Assembly: GCA_045105515.1 (NCBI GenBank)
Contig: JBGCDR010000053.1
Location: 1-19,173, forward strand
DNA: 19,173 nt
DNA from: Oligoflexales bacterium
Lineage (GTDB): Bacteria; Bdellovibrionota_B; Oligoflexia; Oligoflexales; Bog-1112
Reading direction: 5' to 3'
Position numbers and translations under genes: made by a program. Position 1 is the first letter of the stretch. Every line of letters begins with the position of its first letter. The notes beneath the pieces were generated by a model. It made no database searches. It saw only the letters and a program-made list of their open reading frames with translations, and was not told the DNA's origin. This document shows positions 8,196-16,386 of the stretch, piece after piece.

Positions 8196-9983
8196 TCACA
8201 AGACGCATTGTGGGTTAAGGTACCAATGTCCCTCTTTAAAACTTTCCTCGAAATTTATGACAATACTCTGACCTTCTGTAAAAATATTAGAATGCGTCCT
8301 CATGGTGAGTGAATCCATACTAAGCCAACGATCAAATGGATGATTTTCTATCCGAATTGATACCCCTCTATCATTTACATACATTATCGTCGCTGTGAGA
8401 TATTCATCTTTCACGGGTAACAACAGTAAGGACGAAACATAATCGTCAATACTACGCTTTACCTGCTCTTCCCGGTTACGAGCTCTATTTGCCTTGCTTG
8501 CATATCGCTCAAGATAACTCCTCCGTAAATAACGGGGGAGCTTCTTAGAATTCGATTGATAAGGGACAGGCTCTCCCTTTAGATGAGCTAAAAGAATGCG
8601 ATGATTGATAATATCTGTATACCGCCGCATAGGTGCAGTAAAATGGTCATAAAATGGAACTTTCAGACCTTCATGTCCTCTCTGCTCATACTGACCTGAA
8701 TACTTAGCTTTAAGATTACTACGGCACGCTATAGACTTAGCAATATCGTTCAAAATACACTTGCTTCTTAGCTTCTCTACAAAAGTTTGCATATCAACAT
8801 CGTGACTCCATGGGATATTTAATTCTCTAAGCTTGCTACGAGCAAGCTCGAGCTTCTCACCTGTAGTGGAAGGATGAAACCGATGAATTGAGTTTAATGA
8901 GTTTTCTCTAAAATATTCTGCCACAGCTCTATTACTTGAAACCGATATTTGCTCATTATATTTTTCCACTATATAACGGACATTTTCGGAAATAGCATAA
9001 TAGCTCTGTACATCATTGGGCCGAATACTCACTTCTCTGAATGCAAAGTCAACTGCTCCTCGCTCTTTTGCTCTTTGGACTAAGGCTTTGCCAAGCGACC
9101 GCAAGTGGTCTAAATTCGCACTATATTCCTCCTTTGCGAAAGGATGTGCTTCTCCCTGATCATAGTACTCTTGAACTCTTCGGAATGATAATTGTGCTTT
9201 GCTTTCTATAATTGCATGCTCAAAGCTCTTGCTATGCATGACTCCATCTGCCGAAAAATCCATGATAATAACAAGTGCTCTACGTTTTTTTTCCGGAAAC
9301 AGTGAACATAGGTTTTCACTAATCATTCTTGGGAAAATAGGAATATCAAAACCAGGCAAATAGGTGGTAAATACTCTTTCAGATGCCTCCTTATCTAAGC
9401 TTGTCCCCGGTGCTGAAAAGTATGATGCATCAGCAATAGCATAGTAAACTCGATAGTTTTTGCTCATCGAATCGTATTCAATATACACAGCTTGGTCGAG
9501 ATCTTTTGAATGATCATTATCAATGGTAACAAAAGAGTATGATGTTAAATCCATCAAGCCAGAAAAATCTAGTGACCTATTTTCCAGATTATACTCCTCA
9601 TTGAACGTATCTAAGAAATATTCGCTTCTAACACCATGAGAAATGGCACGCTGTAAAAACCTGCTTTGGAGCACCTCTTTTGGAATATCCAAGTCTTGAT
9701 CTATGCCATCAATATCCTGGTTGGGAAGATAGTAAAGTGGGCGAAATTTGTAAGCCGCTGAAGAGATTTGCAAGGGATGAATGATATCAGAGGCAATGTT
9801 TCTCTGGGACTGCATACCAGCCGGTAGAAAAAAACCAGTACCCGGAGAAAGCATCATACTTAGAGCCATCAACGCTTTTGAGCTATGAGGAAGAGATAGT
9901 GCTGTCCTGCTTATCAGAATGCTGAATGCCAAGAAACTGTTTAGTATCATCGTCTGCTTATTGTGCATCTCATGGATCCCCAT
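8196..9983 (-). CDS. RNB-domain (RNase II/R family) exoribonuclease with hydrophobic N-terminus
   Basis: DLT..SFVTIDNDHSKDLDQA, YAIADAS, LD.EA.ER..T.YLP, CSL.P...R, H.GL....Y.HFTAPMRRY.D.INHR, and an S1-like C-terminus. Start is uncertain (ATG 9983, 9968 or 9950). Confidence 0.85.
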   Translation of the reverse strand: MGIHEMHNKQTMILNSFLAFSILISRTALSLPHSSKALMALSMMLSPGTGFFLPAGMQSQRNIASDIIHPLQISSAAYKFRPLYYLPNQDIDGIDQDLDIPKEVLQSRFLQRAISHGVRSEYFLDTFNEEYNLENRSLDFSGLMDLTSYSFVTIDNDHSKDLDQAVYIEYDSMSKNYRVYYAIADASYFSAPGTSLDKEASERVFTTYLPGFDIPIFPRMISENLCSLFPEKKRRALVIIMDFSADGVMHSKSFEHAIIESKAQLSFRRVQEYYDQGEAHPFAKEEYSANLDHLRSLGKALVQRAKERGAVDFAFREVSIRPNDVQSYYAISENVRYIVEKYNEQISVSSNRAVAEYFRENSLNSIHRFHPSTTGEKLELARSKLRELNIPWSHDVDMQTFVEKLRSKCILNDIAKSIACRSNLKAKYSGQYEQRGHEGLKVPFYDHFTAPMRRYTDIINHRILLAHLKGEPVPYQSNSKKLPRYLRRSYLERYASKANRARNREEQVKRSIDDYVSSLLLLPVKDEYLTATIMYVNDRGVSIRIENHPFDRWLSMDSLTMRTHSNIFTEGQSIVINFEESFKEGHWYLNPQCVL

Positions 9984-10293
9984 TAAATTTTTAAAACAAA
10001 GTCGATTTACACATAAATAAATCTGGAATCAATCCTTATATGGAGGTTCATTCGAATATAACTTAAACTTCTATTTAAAATTTTTTATTCCTAGTGATCC
10101 CTAAACCCTTTCATAGAAAGGCTTGTATGGAGATCTCTTCTGGTAAATAGATGAGAAGTGAGAGATTCCCCAATGCTCCTTGGGGATGGGGCATGATAGC
10201 TTGGTAAACACTTAAATTTGTCACTTGTGGTTTAATAAGAGAGCTAGCGTGGGCAGAGGGTTAAAATTTAAGCAGTTCTATTGCAGAAAGTAA

Positions 10294-11307
10294 TTAGCGT
10301 ATCACATGGTCTATTTCTTCCAAAACTTCACGCTGGCTAGTGGTTTTTTTTAACTCCCGCAAAAAAAGACTTGTCTGCGGGTTTAACTGCCGACGAGAAC
10401 CCTCAACAAATGCCACTTGCACCCAATTGGGCATTCTGGCTAATACCAATGCAAGATGGCTATTATTGTTAGGAAGGTAAGAGATCAAGACCTTGCGAGC
10501 CATTTCAGCAAGAGCATTATTTCTTGAAATACTGTAAAGGAAAAGGTGTTCAAACCGAGGATGGGTGACTTCGACAGGAAAGTTTAACAAGTGTTTGAAA
10601 ATTTCCATGCATGCAAAAACGTCGACACTTTTAACACTTAGTTGCCGCAGCTCGCTGACCGATGCTTTTGCTAAATAATCAACGAAATCATGAGATGCTT
10701 GCCTTGGATCTAAACTTATCATGGCTCTTACAAAGTCTACGTGGTTGCTATCAAAAAGTCCTTGGCGCACAACAGTATACGACTGTATAAGCTTATTGCT
10801 AGATACAGCGGTAGCCATTTTAGGTAGATACATCTGTTGGATCTCATTGTTCGCAATAGCTTGTGACAGTGCCCGTTCCACCTGCTGACCCATCGCCGTC
10901 GATGGCATAGTCGCTGCTAAATGCCATGCTAGCTGTTGACTAAGGTTGCGATCGGACTGACTCAAAATGTAAAACAGCTGTGCAGCTTTCTCATATGCCG
11001 TGAACTGATAAAAATTCATAGCATTTATTAGGCTAGTAGCTGGCATTTTAAGCTGACTCTCAATAATGATTCTATGCAAATAGACACCTGCAGCTTCACG
11101 TTGCTTACGTCTGTCTATGATTTTTTTGCTCTTATTTAGAGTCTTATCACCAAATTTAATACCAGCATCCAAAAGCTCACTCAAGCTCATATCTGCTGTA
11201 AGCTCAGGTGGCTCAAGATTTTCCTGCTGGCTAGAGCTGAGGGAAATGCATCCGGTAAACAAATTCAACCACAGGATTCCCAAAAAAGTTATAACGAATA
11301 ATTTCAT
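10294..11307 (-). CDS. Hypothetical alpha-helical lipoprotein
   Basis: 337-aa ORF with AAGGAG RBS, MK plus hydrophobic stretch plus lipobox LFTG-C20. Helical Ala/Leu-rich body, possibly HEAT-like. No family recognised. Confidence 0.8.
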   Translation of the reverse strand: MKLFVITFLGILWLNLFTGCISLSSSQQENLEPPELTADMSLSELLDAGIKFGDKTLNKSKKIIDRRKQREAAGVYLHRIIIESQLKMPATSLINAMNFYQFTAYEKAAQLFYILSQSDRNLSQQLAWHLAATMPSTAMGQQVERALSQAIANNEIQQMYLPKMATAVSSNKLIQSYTVVRQGLFDSNHVDFVRAMISLDPRQASHDFVDYLAKASVSELRQLSVKSVDVFACMEIFKHLLNFPVEVTHPRFEHLFLYSISRNNALAEMARKVLISYLPNNNSHLALVLARMPNWVQVAFVEGSRRQLNPQTSLFLRELKKTTSQREVLEEIDHVIR

Positions 11308-11341
11308 TCTGATTTAATGCTCCTTAGCCGGTTTCTGCTCA

Positions 11342-11764
11342 TTACGAAGGAAAATGAAGAACCGTATGTCCGAAGGCCTTACTAAGCCTTTTACTCCAAT
11401 TCTCACCTGAGGATTCTTCGTCTTGCTTTGTCCTAATCTCTATGAGGCACTTTTGCTCATGATCTTCTTTCAACTTTATCTCGATAATTTTGTGATTACG
11501 AACAAAAGTTGAAACAACCCCCAAAGGTATTTTATGAGGCTCAGATTTTAATCTGCCAGTTTCATCGATGCAGTCAACCCCTAAAGCCGCGGCCAGCTGT
11601 TTCAAGAAGTCAAGGGGCCAAGCAACTTGCACCGCCTTCCCCGAGCTAGGAACGACAAAACTTCGTAACAAATTCCTTTGTTTTTGCACCTTAAGCGCAA
11701 AAAACATCAATAAAACTAAGCCGACGGAAGCAAACAAGTGGACTATAGCATTTACACTTGCCAA
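11342..11764 (-). CDS. Hypothetical protein with N-terminal membrane anchor
   Basis: 140-aa ORF filling the gap in a co-directional run. TM segment IVHLFASVGLVLLMFFAL followed by basic residues. TTG start after AAAGGGG. Confidence 0.65.
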   Translation of the reverse strand: MASVNAIVHLFASVGLVLLMFFALKVQKQRNLLRSFVVPSSGKAVQVAWPLDFLKQLAAALGVDCIDETGRLKSEPHKIPLGVVSTFVRNHKIIEIKLKEDHEQKCLIEIRTKQDEESSGENWSKRLSKAFGHTVLHFPS

Positions 11765-11806
11765 AAGGAATGCCCCTTTCTAAGAGTGATAAAAGGATGA
11801 GCAAGC

Positions 11807-13591
11807 CTAATCAGGAACAGCAGCCAGATTAAAGCCCTTTTCAATAAAGTTAAAGGCTTGATGACTCTGCTGATGCTGCGACTGAATAGCGCTTCTCAGC
11901 TCCTGAGCCCATTGGCTTGATTCTGGATTAATCTTTAATACCTGGTGTAATATTTCAAAAACTTCCACGCCTAAGAGCCATTCATCAGGAAATTCATTGC
12001 AAATGACCTGGGACAAGTCCTTTATCTTGACCTTTAGCGGGTTTAAATCAAATTCATCATTACTACTTTCGCGTATCTGGCGTAAACTTTGATAAGTGTC
12101 AAAAATCTTTAATTCTCTAGTCGAATAGGGTGAACTTCGTCCTGGAACCGTAGAAGCTTTGCCAAAATTATACTCGCCAAATTTCTCCCAATCAGCCGGC
12201 CCTCCATAAACACTCTCAATTTTCGTGCCAATAGCAAGATCAAATGGCCCCCATGTAGGATCAAATACAATTTCATCGCCATAGCGTACCGTACACTGTT
12301 CAAAAGTCAAAAGCAGCAAATGGCCATCTTTCCTCAGCCATCCACTCACGAGGCCATCGACAGAGGCCCCAGAATTCAGCTGCAGAGCAAACTGCTTACC
12401 TTTACAAATACCGATTTGCTCTAAGTCTTCATCTGTAAGCTCAGATGGATGTTTCTTAACGTGCTTCCAGGTTCCGCATGGAGTAGAAAACCCATGTCCA
12501 TGTCGGCTCCTCCCATGACCAGGGAGCTCATGATCTTTAAAAGCAAGCTGTACAGGTCCTTGCCACTTTACAAAACCTATACGCTCACCTTCAGCTCTAA
12601 ATTCTTCACAAATTCCAGAGATGCACAATCCGGAATCTAAGACTGTTGTAGTCAAGGCCTTTGCTTTTTTGGCCATACTCAAACCATGAACTCCACCTTT
12701 TACAAAAGACATTTTTGCTTCTAGTTCACCAAGCACCTCAACAAGATGTTTAAAGTCTCTAGCTACGAACAACTGCGGCTGCGGTTTTGTAATATCGTAA
12801 GATTGATTAATACAATCTACCGACAAAGGAATTTTTCGCACTTCGGCATCCATGCATGTACGGCTTTCTGACAAAGAAGAGAGCAAACCTGCACCAAAAA
12901 TCTTAGGTGATTCACAGCTGCCTACAAGACCATATTCAGCGGTCCACCAGTACATACGGGCCACTTGTGCTGCTTCGGATACCCAAGTCATAGAGGCGAC
13001 AGCTTCATCAAGCCCTTTTTCTGCCTTGGTAATCAACGCTAGGGTTGAATCAGGGTTTTCTTTTACATCCGAGAGGACCCTAATCGCTTCATAGAGTTTA
13101 ATATCTTCATGGGAAAAGATCGAACGTCTAGCTAATTTTGCATAACGTTTTAAAAAAATTGCATATGCATCATCAGCTATGATTGGAGCATGCCCTGCTG
13201 CTTCATGAACAATATCGGGTGCTGGAGTATAGGCAATATGCTCAAGAGTTCGCATATCAGCAGCAATGGGTAAAACATGCAAGGCTTGAAAATCAAGAAA
13301 TGCCAATGGAGGGATAAACCCACAAACACATACTGCACCCCACCCAAATTCATTTAAAACAGTATCCATTTTTTCTATATCCGGTATCGATGATAAGGGA
13401 ATCCCGGTCTTTTTTAAACCTAACAAATATATTTCATGGGCATGCCCTTTGAAATATTCTCGAGACTGGCGCATGATATAACGCCAAGTAGCTTGATCAC
13501 GCCAGGAATACTGAGAATAATTTTGTTCAACCACAAATTCTTTCAAATGATCAGGTAGGCGTTTGTAGGTTTTTAGATTCTCTTTACTCAT
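11807..13591 (-). CDS. phhA: Aromatic amino acid hydroxylase (phenylalanine 4-monooxygenase, long about 590-aa form)
   Basis: HIAYTPAPDIVHEAAGHAP (two Fe-binding His), WWTAEYGL (Fe-binding Glu), KIFGAGLLSS..E, YDITKPQPQLFV. Carries the roughly 300-aa C-terminal extension seen in Bacteroidota/Bacillus/myxobacterial PhhA. Confidence 0.9.
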   Translation of the reverse strand: MSKENLKTYKRLPDHLKEFVVEQNYSQYSWRDQATWRYIMRQSREYFKGHAHEIYLLGLKKTGIPLSSIPDIEKMDTVLNEFGWGAVCVCGFIPPLAFLDFQALHVLPIAADMRTLEHIAYTPAPDIVHEAAGHAPIIADDAYAIFLKRYAKLARRSIFSHEDIKLYEAIRVLSDVKENPDSTLALITKAEKGLDEAVASMTWVSEAAQVARMYWWTAEYGLVGSCESPKIFGAGLLSSLSESRTCMDAEVRKIPLSVDCINQSYDITKPQPQLFVARDFKHLVEVLGELEAKMSFVKGGVHGLSMAKKAKALTTTVLDSGLCISGICEEFRAEGERIGFVKWQGPVQLAFKDHELPGHGRSRHGHGFSTPCGTWKHVKKHPSELTDEDLEQIGICKGKQFALQLNSGASVDGLVSGWLRKDGHLLLLTFEQCTVRYGDEIVFDPTWGPFDLAIGTKIESVYGGPADWEKFGEYNFGKASTVPGRSSPYSTRELKIFDTYQSLRQIRESSNDEFDLNPLKVKIKDLSQVICNEFPDEWLLGVEVFEILHQVLKINPESSQWAQELRSAIQSQHQQSHQAFNFIEKGFNLAAVPD

Positions 13592-15366
13592 GACACCCCC
13601 CCTCTGCTTAATCCTAGGAATAGGATCGGCATAAGGTAAAATAAAGTTAAGATCAAAAACGAATACTTAGAAGTGCTTTCGTTTACCTTAATTTCGCCAC
13701 AGCCTGGCAAAACTCTCTGAGAAGGCATGAGCTCTTCTGCCGCATTCATTTCTCCAAGATATGCTGCATAGCCATCAAGTATTCCACGACCTAATAAGCC
13801 AGGAATGTATTCTCTCCCATGTCTGGGTCTATATGCATTGTTATAACCATCTGCAAAATCCATGTCATATAGTTTCCCATCTGCTGAGCCTAATAAACGC
13901 TTTTTCAATTGCTTTGCGCCAAGTCGAGGTTCAAGCATCTGTATTAGACCTGCGACGCCCGTTACTAGAGGTGCAGCCACCGAAGTACCCTGACTTAAAT
14001 ACACATCACCTCCTGGAACCGTAGAAAGGATCGCTTCATCATTGCGACTACCTCGCTCTACATCCCCACCAGGTGCAGCTAAATTTATCCATGAACCGAA
14101 ATTTGAATATGACGCTTTTTTACCTTCTCTGCTTACAGCAGTGACAGCTATGACATCCTCCAAAGCTGCAGGGAATACTCGTTCACTAGTATTCTCGTTA
14201 CCGGAGGCTCCAACCACCATAACCCCTGCATTCGTAAGCTCTTTGACAACTAAAGTGACCGATAAAGATTGTTCAAACTTCCCAAAGGAGAAATTTACGA
14301 CTTTTACAATACCACCATGCGATTTGTTAATATTCTGAACATACTTGAGCCCTTTTAAAATCGCACTATCTGGAACTTTTCCCTCACCTTCAATGCTCTC
14401 AACCACCTTGATGGGGAGAACTTTACAGTGAGGACAGATGCCCGACACCCCATACTCGTCATCAGCGACAATTAACCCAGCAACATAGGTGCCATGAATA
14501 CAAGCACCATTAAGAAAAATCTGGCCTTCTATCGTTTCGAGAGGGCAAGCCTCACCTGCTTCGCGAGTTGCAAAAGGGATAGCAGGGCCTCTGCCTAGGG
14601 AGTGCGCGGACTCTAGGGTAGCATCGCAGCCATAGGTATCGTTTTCACACCCTGAAAGGCCGGGCTTTGGATTGACCCAAATTTTTTCATTGAGAGCAGG
14701 GTGAAGAAAGTCAATTCCACTATCCAGAATTGCAATGACCGGTGCTAACTTTCGCAAGTTTGCTTCCGAAACTTTTGTAAGGTCCCTTTGACCTATGGCC
14801 TTGTACACAGCATCAAGCCCGATAGTATCCAGCCACCAATAACCACCTGCATCCTGATACCTCTGAAATAAACCTGTGAAAAAATTCTCGTTATTATATT
14901 GATTTGACTGAATATTCTGAGATCTTGTTAACGCAGCTGGGACTCGTTTCTTAGCAAAAAGATCATTGATTCGATTGGGCTCCCATAAAGCAATGGTGCC
15001 TTGATCGAATTTTGAGAGTAAATTCTTGCTACTACTCCCTTTTGGCAGGTCGACTCGAAAAAGAGTCATACTCCTAATTTTCTTAGATGCAGGTAAAGAA
15101 ACGAATTTTTGGTCAGAAATGTTTACTGAAGATAAAACTGTAGTTTTACCAATCGGTTCAATGCGGGTAAGGGATGAAAGAGCGATAGTCTCCCTAAAAT
15201 TTTTTCTTGGATAATCGGGGTTTGTATCCCAAACTCCCAAAATATAACTGTTGGGAACAACTGGGCTGGAATTTTCAGAACCCAAGTTGGTCTCTTCCAT
15301 GTTGCCACAGCCAAATAAACAGACAGCAGTAAGGATCACCAAGAATACCCAATATAACCTAATCAT
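13588..15366 (-). CDS. S8 subtilisin-family serine peptidase, lipoprotein, with C-terminal GC + TM tail
   Basis: IAILDSG (Asp), HGTYVAG (His), ASGN (oxyanion Asn), GTSVAAP (Ser), YSNFG..I.LAAPGG. Lipobox LFG-C20. C-terminal PGCG followed by a hydrophobic helix. ATGA overlap with phhA. Confidence 0.92.
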   Translation of the reverse strand: MIRLYWVFLVILTAVCLFGCGNMEETNLGSENSSPVVPNSYILGVWDTNPDYPRKNFRETIALSSLTRIEPIGKTTVLSSVNISDQKFVSLPASKKIRSMTLFRVDLPKGSSSKNLLSKFDQGTIALWEPNRINDLFAKKRVPAALTRSQNIQSNQYNNENFFTGLFQRYQDAGGYWWLDTIGLDAVYKAIGQRDLTKVSEANLRKLAPVIAILDSGIDFLHPALNEKIWVNPKPGLSGCENDTYGCDATLESAHSLGRGPAIPFATREAGEACPLETIEGQIFLNGACIHGTYVAGLIVADDEYGVSGICPHCKVLPIKVVESIEGEGKVPDSAILKGLKYVQNINKSHGGIVKVVNFSFGKFEQSLSVTLVVKELTNAGVMVVGASGNENTSERVFPAALEDVIAVTAVSREGKKASYSNFGSWINLAAPGGDVERGSRNDEAILSTVPGGDVYLSQGTSVAAPLVTGVAGLIQMLEPRLGAKQLKKRLLGSADGKLYDMDFADGYNNAYRPRHGREYIPGLLGRGILDGYAAYLGEMNAAEELMPSQRVLPGCGEIKVNESTSKYSFLILTLFYLMPILFLGLSRGGVS

Positions 15367-15548
15367 AATAATACCTTAATCTGATTTATTCAATTATCTC
15401 CAGGGCACCGGGAACCACAAGTCTCCTTGAGCAATCTCTCAAGAACACAGGGGCTAATCAATGAAAGTTGATAGATTAAATTAATTTTTATAGAGAAAAT
15501 GTGAGTGCATCCGATAAAATTTAAGTGGGAGCGCATTCGTTGTAAAGT

Positions 15549-15624
15549 GGTCTCTTAGCTACGTGAATCAAACGAATTGCTAAGGTGGCCTTATCATCGG
15601 TATAAGGGCTTGAGAGGACCTCCA
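15549..15624 (+). other. Putative structured RNA element (three-way junction) in the S8/gmk divergent spacer
   Basis: GGTCT(15549-53) pairs with GGACC(15616-20), CTTAGC(15554-59) with GCTAAG(15579-84), and CCTTAT(15589-94) with ATAAGG(15602-07). Ends in TCCA. Folded by eye only, and the strand is not established. Confidence 0.3.
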
Positions 15625-15658
15625 ATACTAGGGACAAAAATAGAAAGGCAAGCTAGAT

Positions 15659-16324
15659 ATGGATGACAAACTCGGAGTACTCGTAATAACTGCCCCATCA
15701 GGTACTGGAAAGACTACACTCAATCGGCGTCTGGTCCGTGAGTTGAGTAGCCTGGAGATTTCCGTAAGCCTGACAACTCGCCCTAGCCGTAAGAACGAGG
15801 TTCATGGCGATCATTACTGGTTTGTCACAAAGCAAGAGTTTCAAGACAAGATCAGCTCCGGAAAAATGCTTGAATGGGCAGAAGTTTTCGGAAATTTATA
15901 TGGGACCAGTATGGATGAAGTGCATCGTATTCAATCAGAGGGTAAGCGCCCAGTTTTGGAAATAGATGTACAAGGATGGGAGAAGGCCAAAGATAAGCTA
16001 CCACAGGCAACATCCACCTTTATCATGCCTCCATCAATGCGTGCTCTTTGGGAGAGGCTCAAGAAAAGGGGAACAGATTCTCTTGAAGTTCGCCTAAGAA
16101 GGATCAATACGGCAAGGGAGGAACTTGACCACGGGAAGCACTATCAGTACTTTGTCATCAACGACGATTTAGATAGCGCATATCTTGAACTGAAGCAAAT
16201 CGTTTTGGGACAAAAGCCTTCACTAGATCGACTGAATGGGCTTGCTCACTGTGAAAAGCTACTTAACGAGTGCAAAGAGCCATGGTTTACTGAGTTAAAC
16301 TCAGAAATTGAAACTATAGACTAA
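15659..16324 (+). CDS. gmk: Guanylate kinase
   Basis: P-loop APSGTGKTT, SVS.TTR..R..E..G..Y.FV, LEWAEVFGN.YGT, LEIDVQG, FI.PPS...L..RL..RGTDS, INDDL. Confidence 0.96.
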   Translation: MDDKLGVLVITAPSGTGKTTLNRRLVRELSSLEISVSLTTRPSRKNEVHGDHYWFVTKQEFQDKISSGKMLEWAEVFGNLYGTSMDEVHRIQSEGKRPVLEIDVQGWEKAKDKLPQATSTFIMPPSMRALWERLKKRGTDSLEVRLRRINTAREELDHGKHYQYFVINDDLDSAYLELKQIVLGQKPSLDRLNGLAHCEKLLNECKEPWFTELNSEIETID

Positions 16325-16386
16325 TAAGCTATCAGCAATTCCTTGGGGAGAGTGATCTGCTGAAAATTTGAAAGGAACTGTCCCCT

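Noticed and set aside
11117..15314. Short overlapping ORFs (60-98 aa) within the lipoprotein, phhA and S8 genes
   Set aside because: Fully nested in well-supported CDSs, with no independent coding evidence.
15549..15624. Canonical tRNA gene
   Set aside because: Right length and CCA end, but it lacks the D-loop GG, the TTCRA loop and cloverleaf arm positions. Reported only as a putative structured element.
15367..15658. Known riboswitch (c-di-GMP-I, SAM-I, purine), 6S or SRP RNA
   Set aside because: Only fragmentary resemblance (e.g. GTGGGAGCGCA). The conserved cores are absent on both strands as far as I can read.
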